From contig JBBTTF010000001.1 in assembly GCA_038064375.1 (NCBI GenBank), positions 125,572-189,571 of the forward strand: DNA of 64,000 nt, read 5' to 3'. Below, in pieces: positions 1-8,388 of this stretch; within the stretch, counting starts at the first letter, position 1; each line of letters begins with the position of its first letter. Position numbers and translations under genes: made by a program. Under the pieces are notes generated by a model. The model saw nothing but the letters and a program-made list of their open reading frames with translations. It was not told where the DNA came from and did not search any database. The DNA is from Patescibacteria group bacterium (lineage in GTDB: Bacteria; Patescibacteriota; Saccharimonadia; Saccharimonadales; UBA4665).

Positions 1-186
1 AAGCACTATGCTTTTTAGGGCTGCGTCGGGTTTTTCTGCGCTGGGCGCGGCTTGAGCACTGGGCGAAAGCCCAATAGATAAGAGACTAAAGGCCATCAGC
101 AAAACCATGCCAAAGAGCTTGGTCACTTTGGGTATTTTGTAGCCGGCCTTAGACCTCTGGTGGTATTTTTGTTTTATAGCGTTCAT
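1..186 (-). CDS. partial CDS (first 62 codons, runs off the left edge): secreted protein of unknown function
   Basis: My own translation of the reverse complement starts at ATG 186..184 and gives MNAIKQKYHQRSKAGYKIPKVTKLFGMVLLMAFSLLSIGLSPSAQAAPSAEKPDAALKSIVL, with no stop before position 1. A basic n-region, a hydrophobic core and an AQA motif indicate a Sec signal peptide. It is not in the supplied ORF track because it is open at the window edge. It is divergent from the T4SS genes. Confidence 0.45.
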   Translation of the reverse strand, partial: MNAIKQKYHQRSKAGYKIPKVTKLFGMVLLMAFSLLSIGLSPSAQAAPSAEKPDAALKSIVL

Positions 187-283
187 TTAATAAAAACTAT
201 ACTATCAGCGACGCTTGTTGGCAAGTTGCAGTCAGCTCCAAGACCGTCTCAGCTCTGGTACACCATAGCGCTTGTGCTATAGT

Positions 284-2632
284 ATGAGTAAAAATGAAAA
301 CGGTATGAAACGTCGCTTATTATATATCATCCCCCTCCTCACGTTTGTCTTCTTGGTATTGGCCACGACTATTGTTCCGTCTCCAAAAACTTATGCCGCG
401 CCAATAACAACCTTTGCAGTAACACCTCCAGTGCTTGAGTGTGAATCTATAACCATCAACCCGTTGCACTGGATAGTTTGTCCGGTTGTTGACGGCATGG
501 CGACAGCCGTCGCCCAGCTTGACTCCTTTATTAATAAGCAGATGTCAGTCGGGACGCCAGGTGACTCCAGCGACCCGAATCAGATTTTCTGTAACAGCGC
601 CTCGACAGGCAGCGCCAGAGTAAGTTGTGACGCCTACCACTCGGCATGGGTGAGCGTGCGCAACATTGCACTCGGTCTGATGGTAATCGCTATTATGTTG
701 GTCTTGATAGCTCAGGCTTTGGGCTTAGAGATCCTTGATGCTTATACGATACGCAAAATACTACCCAGGCTACTGGTCTGTGCGCTCGCCATAACCCTGT
801 CATGGCAATTGATGCAGTTCTTTGTAACTCTTAGCAACGATCTAGCTTATGGAATTCGGTTCATAATATACCAGCCGTTCGTGGGCATAGATTCGGCCAA
901 ACTCGGTGGTGGCGCCAGCGCTATCAGCAGCCTATTTGGTCTTGGCGCTTTGACCATCCTAGGCTGGGTCGGCTTATTGACCTACATCGGTACCGCGCTA
1001 ATTGCCGTCTTTATTGCCGTCTTGGTACTAATCCTGAGGCAGCTTGTCGTAATCATGCTTATTATATTGGCGCCTTTGGCAATCGCGGCCTATATTCTGC
1101 CTAACACTGCTAAGTACTTTAAGTTCTGGTGGGAATCGTTTAGCAAAGCGCTGCTGATGTTTGCCATGATATCTGGCCTGATTGCTGTTGGTCGAGTATT
1201 CTCCGCAGTTTCTGCGGTTAACGATAATGGCCCTATCGCCCAATTGGCCGGTTTTGCAGCTTACTTCTTGCCTTACTTCTTGATCCCAGCTACCTTCAAG
1301 TTTGCCGGTGGAGCTCTGAGCCAAATCGGTGGCTTTGTTAACTCCCGCGGTCAGGGCGCCTTTGGAATGCTCAAGAACTACCGCGGCAACGTCGCCAAAA
1401 AGAATGTTCAGGATCTCAAGGACGGCAACCGACTACGGGGCGAAAACTATCGTGGTCCATATGGCGCCTTTGCTCGTCGCTTTAACGCAGCCACCCGCGA
1501 GACCGCCAACCTCAAGAACGCTGGCTACAACCCAGCCAGAATGCGCTCTCGAATGAGTGCCGCAAGATCAACTGCTATGGCTGACATGGCGATGGAGGCC
1601 TTGGAGAAAAACAAAGATGTCTCGGCAATTAAGTCTGATGACGACTTGGTCGAGTCGGCATTGTACGCCTCGCGCGAGGAGAAGGAAGGCCGTCGAGGTG
1701 GTGACCACGCCGTACGCGAAGCACTTAGAGATCGCGGCTATGCCAACGTGGAGCAGGGTGTTGCCCTAGTCCGCTCCGCCCGCAACTCAATGCAAACCGA
1801 TGCCTTTGATACGTCCATGGCCATTGCCAGCTTTGGTACCAGCAGCGGTTGGACGCCTAAGTACCACACCGACCCAGTAACTGGCCAGAAGACCTTGATG
1901 AAGGGAAGCGGCGGTGCTGGTGAAGCCCGTCAAATGATCAACCAAGTTGTCGGCGACGATCGCCAACGCGGTATTAGGGTGCTTGGCATGTCTCGTCAAA
2001 TGGCCGAATCTAAGGGACGTTACGACCTATCCGGTGGTAGCTTCACAGAAGATGCTGAGATGCTAGAACTAGCTCACGACGGCAAGCTAACCACCGCTCA
2101 ACTGACAGAACGCGTCCACCGCGGCGTACTCGACGGTACTGGCCGTGGCCGAATCTTTGGTGGTCACCGACGCGCCATCGATGCCTTGGCGCCAATGGTC
2201 AAGACTGAGCTTGACGAAGCCTTCATGGGCGGCAATGGCAAGGTCGCCTCAGGTGATGCGGCCTTCCAGCAATTGGCCTTTGCGGCTGACACTCTTGATG
2301 CCGCCGGCTCCAACTCGGCAGAGAGCGCGCGCGAGTTTAATGAGAAAGTGCTTCAGCAGACCGTTGATCTCGGTCAAATTGATAATTCAGTTATTACAGC
2401 TATCGGGCCTGACACATTGGCTCGCATTGCTCCTAGTGGTAAGACTACTTATGGAGAAATTATGGAAGCCGTGCGCACAAACCCACAGTTTGGTCGCTAC
2501 CGCCGCGAATATGGTGCCAGCTCACGTGAAGCTGCTGCGAGTGGCGCATTCAATCCTCAAGCACCTCCACCAGCTGCACCTCCACCCGGACAAGCACCTC
2601 CGGCAGGTGGTGGCGGGGCACCGGGTGCTTAG
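284..2632 (+). CDS. polytopic membrane protein, VirB6/TrbL-like T4SS channel component with long soluble C-terminal extension
   Basis: The track ORF is 272..2632 (TTG at 272). The first ATG is at 284, and a signal-peptide-like MKRRLLYIIPLL start is at 305. About 6-7 hydrophobic helices lie between aa 125 and 350 (IALGLMVIAIMLVLIA, LLVCALAITLSW, IAVFIAVLVLIL, VVIMLIILAPLAIAAYIL). A soluble tail of about 430 aa follows and ends in PPPAAPPPGQAPPAGGGGAPGA. The family call rests on topology and on clustering with the PrgI-like and VirB4 genes, not on a diagnostic motif. Confidence 0.5.
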   Translation: MSKNENGMKRRLLYIIPLLTFVFLVLATTIVPSPKTYAAPITTFAVTPPVLECESITINPLHWIVCPVVDGMATAVAQLDSFINKQMSVGTPGDSSDPNQIFCNSASTGSARVSCDAYHSAWVSVRNIALGLMVIAIMLVLIAQALGLEILDAYTIRKILPRLLVCALAITLSWQLMQFFVTLSNDLAYGIRFIIYQPFVGIDSAKLGGGASAISSLFGLGALTILGWVGLLTYIGTALIAVFIAVLVLILRQLVVIMLIILAPLAIAAYILPNTAKYFKFWWESFSKALLMFAMISGLIAVGRVFSAVSAVNDNGPIAQLAGFAAYFLPYFLIPATFKFAGGALSQIGGFVNSRGQGAFGMLKNYRGNVAKKNVQDLKDGNRLRGENYRGPYGAFARRFNAATRETANLKNAGYNPARMRSRMSAARSTAMADMAMEALEKNKDVSAIKSDDDLVESALYASREEKEGRRGGDHAVREALRDRGYANVEQGVALVRSARNSMQTDAFDTSMAIASFGTSSGWTPKYHTDPVTGQKTLMKGSGGAGEARQMINQVVGDDRQRGIRVLGMSRQMAESKGRYDLSGGSFTEDAEMLELAHDGKLTTAQLTERVHRGVLDGTGRGRIFGGHRRAIDALAPMVKTELDEAFMGGNGKVASGDAAFQQLAFAADTLDAAGSNSAESAREFNEKVLQQTVDLGQIDNSVITAIGPDTLARIAPSGKTTYGEIMEAVRTNPQFGRYRREYGASSREAAASGAFNPQAPPPAAPPPGQAPPAGGGGAPGA

Positions 2633-2650
2633 TATCTAGCTTTTTAGTTT

Positions 2651-4252
2651 TTAGTTGTTTTCGTCGTCTGGGTTTTGTTGAGCCTGTTGCGCTCGTGCAG
2701 CTTCAGCGATTATCTCTGCCTGCATGTGGTCGTTGATGTCGTGGGCTTCGTTATAGTCAGCTGTAATAGCTTGTTCTCGTTGGGCTTGAGCTTGAGCAGC
2801 CCCAAGGGCACCAACTACTGCTTGTCCTGTAGCTGCAGCCTGTCTTTGTATCAATTGCTCTTGCTGGGCTTCTGCCTTGGCTTGCTGGTCGCGTGCTTCA
2901 TTTTCGGCATGTGCATTAAATTCGTCCCACCATTTTTCGCCAAATTGATGTGGCTGATTAGGATTAGGGTCAAAGAGCTGAGGCGCATCTCCCTCTTGAA
3001 TAGCTAATATCTTCTCTTCTACTTCTTTAAGCTTTTCGATCTGGGCAGGCAAGTGTTGAGGAGTAGTAATTCTCTTATGTGTGCCCGCCAACTGGTCCAA
3101 GTCCTGTCCAAATACTTGGCGGTCTTTGCCTAGCAACCTTGCAAATTTACCCTTGGAGTCATTTGAAAAGCTTTGTGGTGCGCCCAGTACGTCAAGATCT
3201 TCGCCAACTGCAACAGTCCTTTTGCGCTGGCTTTCGTTCTCTGGGGTAACGTGGGCTTCAAGAGCACCAGCAAAAGTTTTCTTCCCATGCTTATCAACAA
3301 CTAAGGCGTCGGTTCGATTGCGCTCCGCAACACTAGTACTCCTAGCAGTAGCGACACCATTCGTAGGATTGTTGCGTGGGCGCACTACATCTGGCAATAA
3401 CCAGCCCTGCATTTCTTCGACCACACGATAGCGTTGGTGGCGACGGTCATCTGGTGCTTCGCCTGTCTGATATTCAGCCAGACTGAAAGTATTACTGCCG
3501 GCGTGCGGGAAAATCACGCGACCAATACGACCCGGCTGCATAAACTTGGACTCTAGGATGCGTTGCTGACTCCATGGGATCTTCTCGATTTGCTCAATTT
3601 TGTACTCTACGTCTGGACGATCAACCGAACCAACTAGATCTATTGCTGCGTCAACATCTCTGCGAGCCTCTCGGTGAAGTTGTTGGTTGACGCTTTCTTC
3701 ATTTTCTTGCAAGTTTTGAGTAGACCTCCGCGCAGCGACTGCTGGATCGTTGGGGTCCATGGTTGGCTGATCATTAGCATCGTCTTCGTTGCCGTTATTA
3801 CGAGAGCGTCGAAAACGCGCGAATCGTCCACCATTGTTGCCATTGGCATCGTTTTGACCGTCGTTGGGGTCGGTTTGGTCAACTGGGCCCTCTGGTCCTT
3901 CAGGCGCGTCTGGTTGTACTGCGGTGTTCTCAACTGTCGGGTCGTCTGGGTTACCGTGAGGGAAGCCTTCTACAGGAGGCATGTTTGCGTTGTCTTGTGG
4001 TGCATGAGGGTCGGCAATAACCCAGTTTGGGTCTTCTGGGGTAGTTGGAGTGGCGGTCGTGGTTGGGTCTGTAGGGATAGGCGCCTCAAAAGGAGTTGCT
4101 GGAGGGGCGTTTGGGTCAACTGGTACAATTGGATCAACAGGGGCTTGGTCGCCTAGCTGGTCGTGAGGGTTGCCAAAAGGGAACTCGTCTGGGTTTTGCG
4201 GAGGGTTTTGGCCGTTGTTTTCTGGACCGTTATTGTTTATGTTTTCTGCCAT
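2651..4252 (-). CDS. acidic, largely disordered protein with Gln/Ala-rich coiled-coil C-terminus, unknown function
   Basis: The track ORF is 2651..4288 and starts at TTG. The first ATG (4252..4250) gives MAENINNNGPENNGQNPPQNPDE. The N-terminal ~180 aa are rich in Pro, Asn and Asp and low in complexity. The C-terminus (ENEARDQQAKAEAQQEQLIQRQAAA...AQAQAQREQ) looks coiled-coil. No TM segment and no recognisable catalytic motif. Confidence 0.6.
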   Translation of the reverse strand: MAENINNNGPENNGQNPPQNPDEFPFGNPHDQLGDQAPVDPIVPVDPNAPPATPFEAPIPTDPTTTATPTTPEDPNWVIADPHAPQDNANMPPVEGFPHGNPDDPTVENTAVQPDAPEGPEGPVDQTDPNDGQNDANGNNGGRFARFRRSRNNGNEDDANDQPTMDPNDPAVAARRSTQNLQENEESVNQQLHREARRDVDAAIDLVGSVDRPDVEYKIEQIEKIPWSQQRILESKFMQPGRIGRVIFPHAGSNTFSLAEYQTGEAPDDRRHQRYRVVEEMQGWLLPDVVRPRNNPTNGVATARSTSVAERNRTDALVVDKHGKKTFAGALEAHVTPENESQRKRTVAVGEDLDVLGAPQSFSNDSKGKFARLLGKDRQVFGQDLDQLAGTHKRITTPQHLPAQIEKLKEVEEKILAIQEGDAPQLFDPNPNQPHQFGEKWWDEFNAHAENEARDQQAKAEAQQEQLIQRQAAATGQAVVGALGAAQAQAQREQAITADYNEAHDINDHMQAEIIAEAARAQQAQQNPDDENN

Positions 4253-4362
4253 GGTTAACACTATACTACATTCTTTCAATAAACGCAAGCACTTTGTGTA
4301 ATATGTTTTAGGTAGGGAAGTCGGTTACGCTTATTCAAGGTGTTTGATATACTTAGGAAAGC

Positions 4363-5484
4363 ATGGCAACATACAAATTAATTCAGGATATTGAGGCTGA
4401 GGATCACATTCTTGGTCCTTTGTCGTTGCGTCAGTTTATCTTTGCCTTGGTTGCGGTGTTTTTGTTCTATGTGAACTATATGTTGCTGGTCAAGGGCGCA
4501 GCGTTTTTGCTTGTTATTTTGCTGCCGCCAGCTCTGTTTTGCGCGTTTTTTGCGGTGCCATTTGGGCGTGATCAGCCGACTGAAGTTTGGGCTTTGGCTA
4601 AGCTGCGGTTTTGGTTCAAGCCACGTCGACGGGTGTGGAATCAGAGCGGTGTCAAAGAGTTGGTGACAATTACTGTTCCTAAGAAAGTAGAGCGCGTGTT
4701 GACCAATGGACTGGATCAAAGAGAGGTTAGTAGTCGGCTGACGGCGCTAGCCAATACGATTGATAGTCGCGGTTGGGCTGTTAAGAATGTCGATTTTGGG
4801 GCACATTCTATGTTTCCTAGTAGTTCTGATCGGCTGATCGATCTTAATACGATGCCGCAAGAAGTGCCTAGTTATGAAAACTACCCAGCAAACGACATTA
4901 TGGATGCTTCGACTAGCCCGATTGCGAGGCAGTTTGACACGATGATTAATGAGTCGAGTGTGGCGCACCGACAGCAATTGATAAATGAGATGAACAACCC
5001 AGCGCCATCACCGCAACAAGCAGCCCCGCAGCATGACAACTGGTTTGTGGAGCGGGCTGGGGCAGCCATGGGGACGTCTTCACCGGCTTTACCTGCGCAA
5101 ATGGCCCCACCACCAGCGCCAGTGTCATCTGCACCAGCGCCAGTACCGACGCCTATGCCGGCGACGGTCGCTGACCCAAATGCTGAGACTGAGCTGTCAG
5201 AACAATTGGCGGCAAGGTCAAATTCTAGCCATGTATCGCTTAACAATATGCACTCTTTGCAGCCTGTTGCTGACGTTGCTTCGGCCGACGATAGCACAAG
5301 CGCTATGGACGACCCTCAAACAGATCAGCAATTGGCATCGAACAGCCCGTCTACTGCGGTGACATCACCTAGTGACCCTGCTATACTATCCTTGGCGAAT
5401 AACAACGATCTCAATGTGTCGACTTTGGCTCGTGAGGCTCACAAGGCGAAGGGTGACGACGAGGTCGTGATCTCGTTGCGCTGA
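4363..5484 (+). CDS. PrgI-family (VirB3-like) T4SS membrane protein
   Basis: The N-terminus MATYKLIQDIEAEDHILGPLSLRQFIFALVAVFLFYV is followed by two TM helices, which is the signature arrangement of PrgI/TcpE-type proteins in Gram-positive conjugation systems. An AGGAAAG Shine-Dalgarno sequence lies 4 nt upstream. A long Pro/Ala/Ser-rich C-terminal tail follows. The gene sits just upstream of the VirB4 genes. Confidence 0.7.
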   Translation: MATYKLIQDIEAEDHILGPLSLRQFIFALVAVFLFYVNYMLLVKGAAFLLVILLPPALFCAFFAVPFGRDQPTEVWALAKLRFWFKPRRRVWNQSGVKELVTITVPKKVERVLTNGLDQREVSSRLTALANTIDSRGWAVKNVDFGAHSMFPSSSDRLIDLNTMPQEVPSYENYPANDIMDASTSPIARQFDTMINESSVAHRQQLINEMNNPAPSPQQAAPQHDNWFVERAGAAMGTSSPALPAQMAPPPAPVSSAPAPVPTPMPATVADPNAETELSEQLAARSNSSHVSLNNMHSLQPVADVASADDSTSAMDDPQTDQQLASNSPSTAVTSPSDPAILSLANNNDLNVSTLAREAHKAKGDDEVVISLR

Positions 5485-5536
5485 TCAGTCATGCAAACAT
5501 GAAGCGTGGGTACAAAATAAAGGTGGGCAACCAGTA

Positions 5537-6421
5537 ATGAATCCTTCGGCACCGAATCAACCGAACCCTAACATGGGGGCTACTCAAGCACCTTTGATTC
5601 CTGGGCAGCAGATTCAACCAGTTATGCCCGGTGGCATGGGCGGTCCGGCACCTGTTAACCTGCCCAACGGTCGACCACCAGCCAAGCTAGCAACACACCC
5701 CAACAGCACCCAGAACTCCTTACAAATTGCCGAAGTTCGCGATGGTATTGTGATTATGAATGACGGTTCTTTCCGCTCGGTTGTGATGGTTAAAAGTATT
5801 AACTTTGATCTTATGAGCCCGCAGGAACAAGAAGCCGTGGAGAGCGGTTATCAGGGGTTTTTGAACTCTTTGTACTTCCCGATTCAGATATTTATCCGTT
5901 CGCAAAAGGTTGATCTGCGACCGTACATCGAAAAGCTTGATAAGATCCGTACCGAGCATGACAACATGCTTTTGGCGCTATTGATGGAAGACTATATTGG
6001 CTACATTGGTAACCTTAGTGAGCAAACCAATATCATGGATAAGAAGTTTTATATTGTCATACCTTTCTTCCCTGTTGTTGATGTTCAAAAAGGGCTGACC
6101 CAAAGCAAAAACTTTCTTGGCGGTTTGGGTGGAGTTTTTCGACCTAAGGAGCAGCACGTTACGATCAATGAGGCTGACCTTGAGAATGCTAAGACTGAGC
6201 TACGCAACCGAGTTCAGGCAGTTCTGGCCGGTGTTCGGCAGTGCGGAATACAGGGACTGCCCTTGGACACCCAAGAGTTGATCGAGCTTTACTACGATAC
6301 CTACAACCCAGATACTGCCACCCGTCAGCAACTCAAAGACTTTGGTAGTATGACGGCTGACGTAATCACCAAGGGTGAAGGCGTGGCACCTCAAGAACAC
6401 CTAAAACGGGAGCTACAGTAA
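5537..6421 (+). CDS. VirB4 N-terminal-domain protein (part 1 of an apparently split VirB4)
   Basis: After a Pro/Gly-rich leader, the segment SLQIAEVRDGIVIMNDGSFRSVVMVKSINFDLMSPQEQEAVESGYQGFLNSLYFPIQIFIRSQKVD matches my recollection of the extreme N-terminal domain of Gram-positive VirB4 proteins (PrgJ/TrsE/Tn916 Orf16 type: IPI..I.DG.I....YVKILE..PINF.LRS..EQ). An AAGGTGGG Shine-Dalgarno sequence lies upstream. The ORF stops at TAA 6419..6421, 2 nt before the ATPase ORF. Confidence 0.6.
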   Translation: MNPSAPNQPNPNMGATQAPLIPGQQIQPVMPGGMGGPAPVNLPNGRPPAKLATHPNSTQNSLQIAEVRDGIVIMNDGSFRSVVMVKSINFDLMSPQEQEAVESGYQGFLNSLYFPIQIFIRSQKVDLRPYIEKLDKIRTEHDNMLLALLMEDYIGYIGNLSEQTNIMDKKFYIVIPFFPVVDVQKGLTQSKNFLGGLGGVFRPKEQHVTINEADLENAKTELRNRVQAVLAGVRQCGIQGLPLDTQELIELYYDTYNPDTATRQQLKDFGSMTADVITKGEGVAPQEHLKRELQ

Positions 6422-6423
6422 TC

Positions 6424-8349
6424 ATGTTGGGTCGTAAGAAACAGCCACCACTAGATCCTGTCGCTATCGCTCAGATGCAGCGGGCGCACGAGGAACAAGA
6501 GGTTCAGGCCGCCTTCCAAAAGGGCATTACGGCGCTGCGCGACTTTATCGCACCAAGCTCTTTGGAATTTAGTAGTACTCACTTTCAGCTAGGCACCCGT
6601 TATGCCAGAACCTACTACGTCTATGGCTACCCGCGGCAGCTTTACACCGGCTGGTTGAGCAGCATGGTTAACCTCGATGAAGTTATTGACATCAGTATGT
6701 ACGTTTATCCGGTTGAGAGTCAGGTTGTGCTGGAGAATTTACGCAAGAAGGTAACTCAGCTCGAGGCTGGTATTCAGATTGAGTCTGAGAAGGGTCACGT
6801 TCGTGATCCGGGCAAGCAGGCGGCGATTCAGGACGCCGAGGAAATGCGTGATAAGTTGCAAGTTGGCGAGGAACGCTTCTTTAGGTTTGGCCTGTACTTT
6901 ACGCTCTACACGAGCAGCTTGGAAGAGCTGGAGTTTGTGTCCCACAAGGTGGAGTCGATGCTTGGTCAACAGCTTGTTTATAGCAAAGCGGCGACTTCGC
7001 AACAGGAGCAGGGCCTGAATAGTAATGTTCCGCAACTTATTGATCAGCTGCAGATCAGACGCAACATGAGCACTGGCGCTTTGTCGACAAGCTTTCCTTT
7101 TACCAGTGCTGACCTGAGTCAAGACACCGGTATTTTGTACGGAATTAACATGCACAACTCCGGTCTGGTTATCTTTGACCGCTTTAGCCTAGAGAACGGC
7201 AACTCAGTGGTGTTTGCTAAGTCTGGAGCTGGTAAGAGCTTTACTGTTAAGCTCGAGGCTCTACGCAGCATGATGTTTGGTACCGAAATCTTTATTATTG
7301 ATCCTGAGAACGAATATCAACGTATGTGTGATGCGGTTGGTGGCGCCTATGTTCGGCTTAGCCTAAACTCTTCGACACGTATTAATCCTTTTGATCTGCC
7401 TAAGGTTGTTGATTCTGATGAGGCCGATAATGCACTGCGCAGCAACCTTATAACCTTGCATGGATTGCTGCGACTGATGATGGGCGGAGCACAAGTTCAA
7501 TTACAAGGCTCAGCGGGCATGATGGCGCCAGCTCTATCGCCTTCAGAGGAAGCCGATCTCGACGCCGCCTTGATCGAGACCTACGCCAAGGCCGGTATTA
7601 CCAATGATCCGTTGACCCATAACGCTCAGCCGCCAGCTATTGTTGATCTTTATGACACCTTACTACACATGGGTGGTACTGGGCCGCAACTGGCTCAACG
7701 CCTTCGCAAATACACTACAGGCACTTTTGCAGGCATCTTCTCGCAGCAGAGCAACATCAACATCGACAACCCGCTTGTTGTCTTTAATCTTCGTGACCTT
7801 GAGGACGAACTTCGTCCCGTGGCCATGTACATCGTCCTTAATTACATCTGGAATAAGACCAAGAGCGATCAAAAACGACGACTATTGATCGTTGATGAGG
7901 CGTGGCAACTGATGAAGTACGAAGACTCGGCTAACTTCTTATTTAGCCTTGCTAAGCGAGCTCGTAAGTACAACCTTGGCATAACTACTATCTCGCAGGA
8001 CGTTGAAGACTTCATGGGATCACGAATGGGTCGAGCGATTGTGGCTAACGCCTCAATGCAATTCTTGCTTAAGCAGTCGCCGAGTGCGGTTGATGTGTTG
8101 AGTGACGTCTTTAAGCTAACTAGTGAGGAGCGTAAGCGGTTGAGTCAGTTCCCAGTCGGACAAGGATTGTTCTTTGCTGGTCAAAACCACGTTCACATTC
8201 AGATCGTGGCCAGTCCGACCGAGACCGGACTTATTACAACCAATCCAGACGAAATCCAACAAATGGCCGCCTCAGAAGCTGGGGGCGAACTAGACCAGCC
8301 ACAGGGAACCATCGACCTCAACAACCGACTGTATCCCGGTGGCGTATAA
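6424..8349 (+). CDS. virB4: VirB4/TrsE/PrgJ-type T4SS ATPase (part 2: middle domain plus ATPase domain)
   Basis: Walker A is FAKSGAGKSFTVK and Walker B is RRLLIVDEAWQL. The preceding segment FIAPSSLEFSSTHFQLGTRYARTYYVYGYPRQLYTGWLSSMVNLDEVIDISMYVYP is typical of the VirB4 middle domain. A GGGAG Shine-Dalgarno sequence lies 11 nt upstream. Confidence 0.85.
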   Translation: MLGRKKQPPLDPVAIAQMQRAHEEQEVQAAFQKGITALRDFIAPSSLEFSSTHFQLGTRYARTYYVYGYPRQLYTGWLSSMVNLDEVIDISMYVYPVESQVVLENLRKKVTQLEAGIQIESEKGHVRDPGKQAAIQDAEEMRDKLQVGEERFFRFGLYFTLYTSSLEELEFVSHKVESMLGQQLVYSKAATSQQEQGLNSNVPQLIDQLQIRRNMSTGALSTSFPFTSADLSQDTGILYGINMHNSGLVIFDRFSLENGNSVVFAKSGAGKSFTVKLEALRSMMFGTEIFIIDPENEYQRMCDAVGGAYVRLSLNSSTRINPFDLPKVVDSDEADNALRSNLITLHGLLRLMMGGAQVQLQGSAGMMAPALSPSEEADLDAALIETYAKAGITNDPLTHNAQPPAIVDLYDTLLHMGGTGPQLAQRLRKYTTGTFAGIFSQQSNINIDNPLVVFNLRDLEDELRPVAMYIVLNYIWNKTKSDQKRRLLIVDEAWQLMKYEDSANFLFSLAKRARKYNLGITTISQDVEDFMGSRMGRAIVANASMQFLLKQSPSAVDVLSDVFKLTSEERKRLSQFPVGQGLFFAGQNHVHIQIVASPTETGLITTNPDEIQQMAASEAGGELDQPQGTIDLNNRLYPGGV

Positions 8350-8388
8350 GCGTATAATGCTAGTGTTAATGTGTAGAGTAAAACCAAC

